DNA of 64,000 nucleotides from an uncultured virus (IMG/VR IMGVR_UViG_3300031133_000403) (Duplodnaviria > Heunggongvirae > Uroviricota > Caudoviricetes): the IMG/VR virus record IMGVR_UViG_3300031133_000403, one strand, 5' to 3'. Below, piece after piece: positions 30,097 to 39,067 of the stretch. Each line of letters starts with the position of its first letter. Position 1 is the stretch's first letter. The position numbers and the translations under genes are program-made. A model generated the notes under the pieces. That model saw only the letters and a list, made by a program, of their open reading frames with translations, had not been told where the DNA came from and searched no databases.

Positions 30097-30153
30097 CGCA
30101 TTTCCATGATCCTTGCGGCGCGCTCGGTGCGCCATTTCTGGTTTCGATCGTCC

Positions 30154-30990
30154 TCAGGTTCCGGACTTGGCTCGCCGGAACGAGGTCGGATGGTGGAATC
30201 CCGCCTTGGCGATTTTGATCGCGTTGTCGGTGATCTCCACCGGCCGCGCGCCTTCCGAAGGGAGCACCCCGCCCTGCCACATGGAGATCTCCTGGAACGC
30301 CGTGTAGGGGTCGACCGCTTTCGCGAACTGCATTTCCCCCAGCGTGTCCTGGTCGATGGCCCAGGGACGCACGGTGCCGTCCAGGCCGCGCATCGGCCGA
30401 TCGGTCGGATTGCGCGACGCGATCGTGATCCGTTCCGCGATCAGGGACTCCATCGCCCGCCCGGCCAGCCGCCGCGGCGTGAACCACGTGTCGAGGTCCT
30501 GCGTCTCGATGTCGATCTGTCGGCGGCTGATGCCCGGCGCCTGCAGATGGTCCCAGTGCTGCACGACGCCGTTCGAGCCCTCGATCACCTCGAGTCCGTG
30601 GTCGGTCGCGTACCCGCGCAGCGCCTGCGCCGTCCACAGCCAGCGTTCGTCGATGTTCCTGACGTAGCCACCCGTGGGCTGCGCCACGGCATGCACGCCG
30701 TGGTGCACCGTTCCGGCCAGGATCACGGTCGCCGTCCCGAATTCGTGCTGCACGCGGTCCTGCACGGCGTCGGCGAACTCGTCGGTCGGACGCAGCCATC
30801 CGATGGGGGACCGGCCCGAACGTCCCATGCCCTCCAGTCGCCCCGTGCACGCGACGCGCGGCAGATGGATCGTGGTCGCCATCTCGATGTCGGTCAGGCG
30901 CCGGTCGCCGTTGCGCAGGAAGATGACCGTCGCGTCCTGCCCCATGGCCAGGCCGCTGTCGTAGTAGTCGTGTCCGCCGATGATTCGCAT
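30154..30990 (-). CDS. Phage-type hypothetical protein
   Basis: MRII..HDYYD N-terminus and DPYTAFQEISMW...KIAKAGF C-terminus recall a phage protein family (recollection, not searched). Confidence 0.7.
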   Translation of the reverse strand: MRIIGGHDYYDSGLAMGQDATVIFLRNGDRRLTDIEMATTIHLPRVACTGRLEGMGRSGRSPIGWLRPTDEFADAVQDRVQHEFGTATVILAGTVHHGVHAVAQPTGGYVRNIDERWLWTAQALRGYATDHGLEVIEGSNGVVQHWDHLQAPGISRRQIDIETQDLDTWFTPRRLAGRAMESLIAERITIASRNPTDRPMRGLDGTVRPWAIDQDTLGEMQFAKAVDPYTAFQEISMWQGGVLPSEGARPVEITDNAIKIAKAGFHHPTSFRRAKSGT

Positions 30991-30999
30991 GAGCCGCCT

Positions 31000-31941
31000 C
31001 TAATCCCTTTTCAAGTTCCAGTCTGCATCCATCCACGACATGTCCACCCCTTCGGGTGGAGTCTCCAACGGCACGTAGGGCGCGTCCTCGACGCGTATCC
31101 GGTACACCGTGGCATTGTCGCGCCATAGACGCGCCGGCATGATCTCGATGCCGGCGATGGCGTCTCCGCCGCGGCTTCCTTCCGGCAGCCGGAATCCGTC
31201 GACGAGCGCCGCCAGGCCGCCCGCCTGTATCGCGACGAGCATCGTCTCGGGGAGTTGTCCTCCCATCCCGATGTCGATCCGCACACCGTCCGCGTCGCTC
31301 GACACGCCGCGCATGCCGAGCCCGGCCTTTCCGATCGTCAGGGTGTGACGGATTCGTATGCCGTCCACCGGCTTGCGGCTCACGCGCCAGTATTCGCGTT
31401 CGGGCCACGGCGTCGTATGCACCACCGCCCTCTGCGCATCGTGTCCCGACGCCGGATGCGCCAGATGCTCCGCGCCGATGCCGATCATGCGCGCCAGCGC
31501 CACGACCGCCGGGTGGCCCGAGTTCATCCATGGCGGCGTTCCGGCCAGTTCGACGGGTCTGGTCGATCCGTCGGCTCGACGGATCGTGCGCGTGTTGTGT
31601 CGGGCCAGCTCGCGCATCCCCACCGATCTGCGCAGCTCGTCGCGCAGCAGGTCGAGCACGGCATCCCTGTCCGACGTCCGGTCATCTCCCCATCGTCTCC
31701 GGTCGTCGCCGAGCTCCAGGGCGTCACGCAGCCTGCGCTGCACCGTGATCCCGAGGCCGCGGTCCCCGGACGTTTCGATCGTCACCTGGATCCGTGGCAG
31801 ACCCCGCCGGTCGATTTCCCTTCTCACGTCCTCCTCGAGGAGCACGGCGTAGCTTTCGGATTCGGACATGCCGCGACGTATGCCGATGCGCGCTTTCGCG
31901 CCGTGCAGCGCGGCTCCAAGCCGCGACGTCAACGCGCGCAT
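31000..31941 (-). CDS. PET-GR motif family protein (degenerate motif)
   Basis: LPETMLVAIQAGGLAALVDG. Confidence 0.7.
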   Translation of the reverse strand: MRALTSRLGAALHGAKARIGIRRGMSESESYAVLLEEDVRREIDRRGLPRIQVTIETSGDRGLGITVQRRLRDALELGDDRRRWGDDRTSDRDAVLDLLRDELRRSVGMRELARHNTRTIRRADGSTRPVELAGTPPWMNSGHPAVVALARMIGIGAEHLAHPASGHDAQRAVVHTTPWPEREYWRVSRKPVDGIRIRHTLTIGKAGLGMRGVSSDADGVRIDIGMGGQLPETMLVAIQAGGLAALVDGFRLPEGSRGGDAIAGIEIMPARLWRDNATVYRIRVEDAPYVPLETPPEGVDMSWMDADWNLKRD

Positions 31942-31943
31942 CG

Positions 31944-32321
31944 TCACGTCTGCGCGGCGGGCGCGTCGTGCCTCGCGTCGCCCAGCGGCACCGCGAGGCG
32001 TTCCAGGGGCGAGGGCCATCCCGTGGCGTACTCCAGATCCCGGATCGCGTTCTCGTCGGCCATTCTCTCCCAGAAGCCGGCGGCGTCGGGCACCACTTCC
32101 ACAACGTGGATGGGCAGTCCGTAGCCCGAGAGCCACTTCAGCATGTCGCGCCCGCGGATGTCGGCGTTCGACTGCATGGCCTGTATCACGATCCTGTCGT
32201 CGGATGTCCGCCAGAAGCCGATGTGGGCGTCGTCCCCCTCTTCGTCCTCGTCCCACATGGCCCACATCATGTGGGCGCACTGCATGCCGTCCCCCTCGAC
32301 GACGTCTGGTGCGCTGGTCAT
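31944..32321 (-). CDS. GNAT-like small protein
   Basis: RGRDMLKWL...EVVPDAAGFWERM resembles GNAT motifs A/B; paralog at 34185-34850. Confidence 0.65.
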   Translation of the reverse strand: MTSAPDVVEGDGMQCAHMMWAMWDEDEEGDDAHIGFWRTSDDRIVIQAMQSNADIRGRDMLKWLSGYGLPIHVVEVVPDAAGFWERMADENAIRDLEYATGWPSPLERLAVPLGDARHDAPAAQT

Positions 32322-33088
32322 GCTTCAGTCCCCTCGAGTATGCCGGTGCGTCGTGCGTCCAGGCGCTTGTGCCGCATGTCCCACAGACGGTCGTCCAGGC
32401 CTTCGTCGTCGCGTCCGTACCGGTAGGCACCGGCCACGATGGCGACCAGCGCCGTCGACACCGATGCTTCCGTGATCCGATCACTGAGGCATGCGATCAG
32501 CGCCCCTGCCGCGAGTATCGCCAGCAGACATGCGATGGTGCGCGGGGACATCCCCTCCACCGCGCCCGCGTCCAGGGCGTTTCGTCTGTGCTTCCACCAC
32601 AATTGGCATTTCACGACGGCGATGTCGTTGAGCGTGGCGGGAGCCTCGACCGCTATGCTCCGGCGCCGTGTCTTGATGTAGGCATGCGTCTCGCCATCGC
32701 AGGTGTGCAACCCCATGATCTTGGCATCTGCGGGCAGCAGGGGATGCTCCACCAGCCGGCTCAACGGTGCGCCCGTCAATGCCGTGATGGCCGTCGTCGG
32801 GATCTCGCCCTTCACGACCACCGTGGTGCTGGTGTGTCCGTTGCCGGTTCCCGACGCAGGTCTCTCCCTCAGTCTCACGCCCTGGGCGATGGCGGCGTTG
32901 TACGAGAGGTGGTCGTCGTCGGTGCTCAACTCGTTGCCGCCCAGAGCCAGCGCCATCTCGTAGAAGGCGTCCCCCAGTGGCAGACGTCCCTCGTCCCGTT
33001 CGGCCGCGGCTCGCAGCGTCGCGCCGATCTGCCGGCGCGTCATGCCTCTTGCGGCGAGTATGCGCGGCAGATTGGCGTCGATGTCCAT
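32318..33088 (-). CDS. PET-GR motif family protein with C-terminal TM hairpin
   Basis: IPTTAITALTGAPLSRLVEHP; full-length paralog of 34847..35668. Confidence 0.8.
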   Translation of the reverse strand: MDIDANLPRILAARGMTRRQIGATLRAAAERDEGRLPLGDAFYEMALALGGNELSTDDDHLSYNAAIAQGVRLRERPASGTGNGHTSTTVVVKGEIPTTAITALTGAPLSRLVEHPLLPADAKIMGLHTCDGETHAYIKTRRRSIAVEAPATLNDIAVVKCQLWWKHRRNALDAGAVEGMSPRTIACLLAILAAGALIACLSDRITEASVSTALVAIVAGAYRYGRDDEGLDDRLWDMRHKRLDARRTGILEGTEA

Positions 33089-33090
33089 GA

Positions 33091-34179
33091 TCAGGCCGCG
33101 AGCAGCTGGCGCAGACGCTGCTTGCCCGCCTCCTGGTCGTTCTGGCCCATCAGCACGTACAGGCCGTCCGCGGTGATCCGGTCGCTCGCCGGGGGACTGG
33201 TCACGACCTGGTTGTCGTTCCTGTAGGCGATGGGCATCCCGAGGCCGGCGTCCATCGAACGGCAGACCAGATCGCGCCACGTTCCCCGCTGCGCGCTTTC
33301 GCCCAGCGCCACGAACTCGCACTCGACGCCGCCGAAGGTGAAGATCTCCTCGATCACGCGCTCGGCGCCGGGCGCCACGATCGCGCGGCCCAGCATCTCG
33401 GGATAGGCGCGTGACGGACGCACGCACGAATCCATCGGACCCGCCGAAAGACGCGCGCGGTTGCGGTCGTCCTCGCACTCGGCGATGATCCGACCGGCGA
33501 AGCCCGCCGCGCGGACCCGGCTGACCACGTCGTAGACGAGCGCGTCGGCCTTGGGCGTGCGGTCGTCGCCGAGCACCACCACCATGTGCGCCGCGCCCGC
33601 GTTGCACAGAGTCATCTCCTCGTCGCTGTCGCCGTCGCCGCGTGCGTACACGACCTTGAGGTTCGCCAGACCGTCGGGAAGACCGTCGGCATCGAAGCCG
33701 TGCGTCATGATCTGGACCGGACGTTCGGCGAAGTGCGGATCCGCGCGCAGCTGCGCGACCAGCGCCGTCAGGTAGCGCGTCGACTCGGTCGCCGTGGTCG
33801 AAATGATCAGAATATGGTCTTGCATGCACCACCTCCAGTAGCCGTTTTTCTTGCGATCGCGCTTCTCGGCCGCCCGCTCGAAGAGCAGGGAGGCGAGTGC
33901 GGCGAGTACGAAGATCGTTCCGATGAACATGATCACGATGGTCGCGGCGCGACCGGGCACCGTCTTGGCGCTGACGTCGCCGTAGCCGACCGTGGTCGCC
34001 GTGACGAAGGTCACCCAGACCGCGTCCGAGAGCCCCATCTTCTCGATGGTCATCATCGCCACGACGTGCAGCGCCGCCATCAGGCCGAGCCATGCCGTGA
34101 AGATCTTGATGGCGTGCCCGCGATGCATCTCGATGCGCTGCTGCATCCGCTGGAACAGGTTCAACATCATGTAGTGCAT
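33091..34179 (-). CDS. Potassium channel with RCK (TrkA-N) domain
   Basis: Two TM helices around the TTVGYGD selectivity filter; C-terminal Rossmann-like RCK region. Confidence 0.92.
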   Translation of the reverse strand: MHYMMLNLFQRMQQRIEMHRGHAIKIFTAWLGLMAALHVVAMMTIEKMGLSDAVWVTFVTATTVGYGDVSAKTVPGRAATIVIMFIGTIFVLAALASLLFERAAEKRDRKKNGYWRWCMQDHILIISTTATESTRYLTALVAQLRADPHFAERPVQIMTHGFDADGLPDGLANLKVVYARGDGDSDEEMTLCNAGAAHMVVVLGDDRTPKADALVYDVVSRVRAAGFAGRIIAECEDDRNRARLSAGPMDSCVRPSRAYPEMLGRAIVAPGAERVIEEIFTFGGVECEFVALGESAQRGTWRDLVCRSMDAGLGMPIAYRNDNQVVTSPPASDRITADGLYVLMGQNDQEAGKQRLRQLLAA

Positions 34180-34184
34180 GGCCC

Positions 34185-34850
34185 CTATGCTCCCGAATAG
34201 CGTGGATGGTCCGCGCGAAGCCGGAAGGGATGGTCCCAGGTCGTGACGTATCCCGCCTTGCGCTCGCTCAGACCCATGGGAAGGTGCCTCGCCACGATCT
34301 CCTCCGGATCCAGCCATTCCGGATGACGCGTGTCGACCGGGTGGATCACGGCGCCGTAGCCCTTGGGTGCCGGCCCGGCGATCGCCTCGAGCTGCTCCTT
34401 GGTCCTCTTCATGCCTTTTCCCCTGTCCTGGACGATTTCGCCATTCTGCGTCCTGCGTCTCAAGTTGCTCCGCCCGGTGGGCCGCTCGACGTCCCGCGTG
34501 ACGACTTCCGGGTACGGCACCGCGATCCTTTCGAGCGCGTGGGGCCAGCCCGTGGCCGCCTCCCATCCCGCGACGAGTCGTTCGCCGAGCATCCGCCGCC
34601 AGAAGCCCGTGGCCTGCGGGATCACCTCTATGACCGTGATCGGCATGCCGAGCGTGGAGAGCCACGACGTCATGTCGCGTCCGCGCGTGTCGGCGTTCGA
34701 CTGTATGTCCTGCAGAACGAGCCTGTCGTCCGCCGTGCGCCAGAACGACATGTGCGCGACGTAGCCCTCGTCGTCGCGGCCCCATTCCGCTCTCAGCAGA
34801 TGCGGGCGGCGGCCGTCCCGCGCGTCGCGCACCTTGGGTCGAGCGGTCAC
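34185..34850 (-). CDS. GNAT-like protein running in frame into a probable second small gene (MKRTKEQ...)
   Basis: GTG start overlaps the upstream TGA; RGRDMTSWL...EVIPQATGFWRRM; purine-rich stretch before internal ATG 34412. Confidence 0.6.
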   Translation of the reverse strand: MTARPKVRDARDGRRPHLLRAEWGRDDEGYVAHMSFWRTADDRLVLQDIQSNADTRGRDMTSWLSTLGMPITVIEVIPQATGFWRRMLGERLVAGWEAATGWPHALERIAVPYPEVVTRDVERPTGRSNLRRRTQNGEIVQDRGKGMKRTKEQLEAIAGPAPKGYGAVIHPVDTRHPEWLDPEEIVARHLPMGLSERKAGYVTTWDHPFRLRADHPRYSGA

Positions 34851-35668
34851 GTCTCCTCCATCCCGGACAGGATCCTGTGCCGCCGTTCCTGTATCCGGTT
34901 CCAGCGCAGGTCGTTCAGTCGCGGCAGCAGGCCCGAGTCCTCCTTGTTCGCGGCTCGTCGCATGATCAGCAGCGCCCTGATCGTCGTGAAGGCCACGACA
35001 AGCAGCGCCTGCGCGATCGCGATCGTCGTCGTCACCCTCTCGTCCAGGGCGATGATCGCCGCCAGCGCCATCGTGATGGAGATGGAGGACGGTATCGCGA
35101 TGCGCCTCACCGCCTTGCGGACGATCTTGGGGCAGTATCCGTTCACCGCTTCCGCCTCGCGCACCTGGTCCCGCCGCAGCCTCTTCCATGCCCGCCTGGC
35201 CAGGGCGATGTCCGTCTGCGTCGCCGGCATGATCACCGCGAGCTCTTCGGGCACGACCATGATGTCGATCTCGGTCTCGTGCGTTCCGGCGCGTATGTCG
35301 CGTATCTCCGCATCCCCCGGCAGCAGCGGGTGGTCGACGAGATGGCGCAGCGTCTTCCCGTGCAACGCGCCCGCCACGCTGACGGGGAGCACGCGGTCTA
35401 TGACCACGGTCGTGCCGGTGGTGGTGCCCCTGACGCCGTACCTTCTTTCGACCAGCCTCACGCCCTTCGCTATCGCGATGTCGTACTTGTCCGCGTCGTA
35501 GTCCCCCTTGCCGTAGACCATGCTCCCCAGCGCTTCGCGGAGCACGTACTCGGCGTCGTCCTCGCTGCTGTAGCTCCCCTTCTCCTCCATGACCCTCAGC
35601 GCCGCCGCGGCGTCGCGCCTGCTCATGCCGCGCGCCCGCAGGATCGTGGGCAGCATGGGATCGATCAT
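34847..35668 (-). CDS. PET-GR motif family protein with C-terminal TM hairpin
   Basis: LPVSVAGALHGKTLRHLVDHP. Confidence 0.8.
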   Translation of the reverse strand: MIDPMLPTILRARGMSRRDAAAALRVMEEKGSYSSEDDAEYVLREALGSMVYGKGDYDADKYDIAIAKGVRLVERRYGVRGTTTGTTVVIDRVLPVSVAGALHGKTLRHLVDHPLLPGDAEIRDIRAGTHETEIDIMVVPEELAVIMPATQTDIALARRAWKRLRRDQVREAEAVNGYCPKIVRKAVRRIAIPSSISITMALAAIIALDERVTTTIAIAQALLVVAFTTIRALLIMRRAANKEDSGLLPRLNDLRWNRIQERRHRILSGMEET

Positions 35669-35678
35669 GTCGGCAATC

Positions 35679-36428
35679 CTATTCCTCGCGTCGGAACGTC
35701 CATTTGTCGTCGGTGCTCGAGCTCGCGTCGTGGACGTATCCGCCGACGTCGAAGCCCTTCATGTCCTCGATGCGCGTGATGCGGTTGACGATCATCCACC
35801 GCGCCATGATGCCGCGCGCCACCTTGGCGTGGAATGTCACGAACCTGTCGCCGGTCATGAATTCGACGTCGACCACGCGCACGTCCTCCGGCAGTCTTCC
35901 GTCGACGGCCGAGAAGTATTCGATGCTGGCGAGGTTCAGCACGTCACGCGATCCGCTCGCGTCGAGGTCCTCGACCAGCGCGTCCGCGATCCTGTCGCCC
36001 CACCAGTCGGTGACCTTGCCCAGACGCGGCGCCCACTTGGTCCCCATCTCCAGACGGTAGGGCCGCATGGCGTCCAGCGGCCGCAGCAGACCGTACATGC
36101 CGGACAGCACGCGCAGGTGATCCTGCGAGAAGACGATGGCCTCGGCGTCCAGGGATTTCGCGTCCAGACCGTCGTAGACGTCGCCGTCGAACGCCTGCAC
36201 CGCCGCGCGCGACGGCTGGGCGTCGAAGCCTCTGAAGCGCTCGGCGTTCAGTCGGGCGAGCGTTTCGGAGATGTGCATGATGCCGCCGAGACGCGACACG
36301 CTGAGCCTGGCCGCCGCCCTGGCGATCTCCGAGGCCTCCGCCTCGAAGCGCGGTGTCGTCGTATCGGGCAGATCGTCCCGCTGCGTCTCGTAGTCGAGCG
36401 TCTTGGCTGGTGAGAGTACGGCGATCAT
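35679..36428 (-). CDS. yaaA: Peroxide stress protein YaaA (DUF328)
   Basis: LSPAKTLD, FDGDVY, LSGMYGLLRPLD..PYRLEMG, NLASIEY, AKVARG. Confidence 0.95.
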   Translation of the reverse strand: MIAVLSPAKTLDYETQRDDLPDTTTPRFEAEASEIARAAARLSVSRLGGIMHISETLARLNAERFRGFDAQPSRAAVQAFDGDVYDGLDAKSLDAEAIVFSQDHLRVLSGMYGLLRPLDAMRPYRLEMGTKWAPRLGKVTDWWGDRIADALVEDLDASGSRDVLNLASIEYFSAVDGRLPEDVRVVDVEFMTGDRFVTFHAKVARGIMARWMIVNRITRIEDMKGFDVGGYVHDASSSTDDKWTFRREE

Positions 36429-36450
36429 GCCTTTTCCCCTGTTGTCGTTG

Positions 36451-36765
36451 TCATCCGATCATGACGCCCCGATAGTCGCGTCGTCCGTCCGCCTTCCACA
36501 CGGCGCCGACCGGCGGTTCCATGAGCCCCTTCAGGCGCACCGTTCCCTCCGCGTGCCAGTGCGTGACGGTTCCGTCGCCCAGCGGGATCCTCACGAGATC
36601 CGTGCCGTCGACGACGAACACCGCGATCGCCGTTCCCTCGCTCAGGCCGCCGTCGTCCATTCTGTTGCGTTCGCCGAATCCCCGCACCGCGCCCGGACGG
36701 TACACCTGCCCGTTGGTGCGCAGGTGCAGTCCTCCTTCGTCCTTGCGTATCTTGGGTTTTCCCAT
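36451..36765 (-). CDS. Hypothetical protein
   Basis: Fills the gap between co-oriented genes. Confidence 0.6.
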   Translation of the reverse strand: MGKPKIRKDEGGLHLRTNGQVYRPGAVRGFGERNRMDDGGLSEGTAIAVFVVDGTDLVRIPLGDGTVTHWHAEGTVRLKGLMEPPVGAVWKADGRRDYRGVMIG

Positions 36766-36769
36766 GCGG

Positions 36770-37915
36770 TCAGGCCTTGAAGCGGTGTGGAACCACGACG
36801 TCTACGCCTTCGCGGTCTTCGCGCACACCCATGCCGCACGGCTCGTCGCCGACGATCCAGACGTCCAGACGCGCACCGTTCGACGCCATGGGGACCATCG
36901 CCTGCAGGATCTCGCCCTCGGTGGCCTCCGCGTCCATGGCGGTGCCCGACGTGAAGCGACCGCCGACGACTTCGCCCCTGCGGGCGACCAGGCCGCCCGC
37001 ACCGAACTTCGGTCGCGCGATGACCGGCTGGTCCCAGCCGAACCCCGCGGCCGCGCCGTGCGTCTCCGCGAGCACCGGGTGGAACGGATACATGTCCCAC
37101 ATCGTCTGCATGACGGCGCGGTTGGTGAGCAGCAGCTTCCATGCCGGCTCGACGACCTCGATGCGTTCGCCGGCGCAGGCCTTGAGCAGGTCCGCGCCGA
37201 ACGGATCCTCGATCAGCCACTGCCAGGGGTGCGTCTTGAGCAGCACGCGGATCTCGTCCATCTCGCCGTCGACGAAGCGTCCGGTGTCATCCTCGCGGCC
37301 GATGTCGGGCAGCGCGATCATGCGCGTCTCGATGCCGGCCTCCTCGATGACCTTGGCGAGATAGCGCATCTGGCCTTCGCCCGCGACGTCGTCCGGCATG
37401 TACGCCAGATGCACGCCTTGCGCGCCGGTGCGTTTCATCCGCGTCGCCATCGCGTCGCCGACGCGTGCCACGAGTGTCTCGTGCAGGGTGTTGAACTGGT
37501 CCGACGACCCGTAGAGGGCCTCCTTCCACCACCACTGGCCGAGTGCCGCCTCGACCAGGCCGTCCGTGGAGTCCGCCTGGAAGCCGAGCAGCTTGGGCCC
37601 GTCCGCGCCGCCGTCCCAGCCGAACGTCGCACGCGTCAGGACGTCGATCTCCTGCGCACGGTTCTGCCAGGAGCGCGCGATTTCGCGTCCCGTGGTCTCG
37701 TCGATGCCGAACAGACCCCAGGTGCGCGTCGACACGATCCGCTCGACCGCCGCCAGCGCCAGCTGATAGCCCTCCTTGGCCACCTCGTAGAGCTTCTCGA
37801 TCTCGGCTTCGGAGAACTTCCAGTGGGCCGTCTCGTCCCAGCGGTCGGGGGAGATGCCGTCGGACGTGATCCGCGCCTCGAAGGCCGTGCGGGGTTGCGA
37901 TGCGTTGCGCTGCAT
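36770..37915 (-). CDS. Glutathionylspermidine synthase-family ATP-grasp protein, catalytically degenerate
   Basis: Aligns with 40771..42027 (KTHPWQW, EPAWKLLLTN, WIVGDEPCGMGVRE, VPH) but has RAT/GFQADS in place of RFD/EYNADT. Confidence 0.85.
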   Translation of the reverse strand: MQRNASQPRTAFEARITSDGISPDRWDETAHWKFSEAEIEKLYEVAKEGYQLALAAVERIVSTRTWGLFGIDETTGREIARSWQNRAQEIDVLTRATFGWDGGADGPKLLGFQADSTDGLVEAALGQWWWKEALYGSSDQFNTLHETLVARVGDAMATRMKRTGAQGVHLAYMPDDVAGEGQMRYLAKVIEEAGIETRMIALPDIGREDDTGRFVDGEMDEIRVLLKTHPWQWLIEDPFGADLLKACAGERIEVVEPAWKLLLTNRAVMQTMWDMYPFHPVLAETHGAAAGFGWDQPVIARPKFGAGGLVARRGEVVGGRFTSGTAMDAEATEGEILQAMVPMASNGARLDVWIVGDEPCGMGVREDREGVDVVVPHRFKA

Positions 37916-37965
37916 GTCTGTTCCTCGTGAAGATGCGTGATTGTCGTATGTCGGGACGTCCGTCG

Positions 37966-38913
37966 TCAGCCTGCCACGATGCGCAGCGTGACCGCCCGGT
38001 CCTCGCCGTTGATCACGCACAGGTTGTGCGCGAAGGTCGGGACGTCCGTCACCAGCATGCCGTCCACCAGCACCTGCCGGTACATCGAGCGTTCGTCTCC
38101 GTAGGAGGCGATGACCTCGTCGACGTGCCGTGCCGGGCCGCCGTCCACGCTGACGAGTCCCTTGTCGCCCAGCAGCGTCCTGAACGCCTTCGAGGCGCGT
38201 TCGGCCTCGGGGTTCCACGACCGCCGCGGCATTCGCCGCATGGACATCTCGTCCATCACGTGCGGGGCCCCCCAGGTTTCGGTGAGCACGGCGGCGTTCA
38301 GCGCGTCCATTCCGACGCACACCGGCTCCTCCTGCGGTGGCCCGTTGCGTTTGATGTCCGCGACGCGGTCCTCGTGCTCCTGTCCCGCCAGCGCGTCCCG
38401 GATGAGTTCGTACGACCTGCGCACCGCGCGCTGCAACCCCTGCGACACGCCGCCGCGGTGCGCGAGCGCCATCAGGATGTCGAGCGTCCCCATGATCGAG
38501 GTGGCGTCTCCGTGCGGAATGACGGCCCGGCTGATCTGTCGGATCCGGTCGTCCTCGTCCCTTCCTTCCAGCCGCAGGAGGTCATGGCCGGATTCGACCG
38601 GCTTCACGCGGGCGTATTCGCGGCTTTCCCTGCCCGGAACGGTCTCGGCGTGGTTGATGCTCGCGAGCTGTAGCTCGCCCGACGTCGGGTTGATCAGCAG
38701 CAGTTCGGTGTAGCCTCCTCCCCGGTCGGGATGCGCGCCGTCCCTGACCGACGCCTTGAGCACGTCCTGCACCGAGTCGCCGATCGACACCCGGCCGAAT
38801 TCGATCACGTAGCAGCCGTTCTCGGGCACCGGCAGCGCCTCGACGGTCTCGCGGGGGTTGTCGGCCATCAGGCTGATGACGGCGGGATGTTCGGTGTCGA
38901 TCGTGTGGCGCAT
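37966..38913 (-). CDS. Hypothetical protein
   Basis: GGGAG RBS before MRHTIDT. Confidence 0.7.
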   Translation of the reverse strand: MRHTIDTEHPAVISLMADNPRETVEALPVPENGCYVIEFGRVSIGDSVQDVLKASVRDGAHPDRGGGYTELLLINPTSGELQLASINHAETVPGRESREYARVKPVESGHDLLRLEGRDEDDRIRQISRAVIPHGDATSIMGTLDILMALAHRGGVSQGLQRAVRRSYELIRDALAGQEHEDRVADIKRNGPPQEEPVCVGMDALNAAVLTETWGAPHVMDEMSMRRMPRRSWNPEAERASKAFRTLLGDKGLVSVDGGPARHVDEVIASYGDERSMYRQVLVDGMLVTDVPTFAHNLCVINGEDRAVTLRIVAG

Positions 38914-39067
38914 GGTGGCTCCCGTGTCTCGTGTGCGGATTTCTGCGTGGAGGCGGTCTCCCGCGGGAGACCTGCGGCTACCGGACGCGCAGGATTCGTG
39001 TTTCGCGATGTCCGGCAGGAACGTCACGAAGAATGCCGGGGATGTCTCCATCCCCGGCATTTCGTCC

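Noticed and set aside
27528..30154. CRISPR array / type V CRISPR-Cas locus around the RuvC gene
   Set aside because: No regularly spaced repeats and no cas1/cas2/cas4 on either side; the gene is bounded by transposon-like ends.
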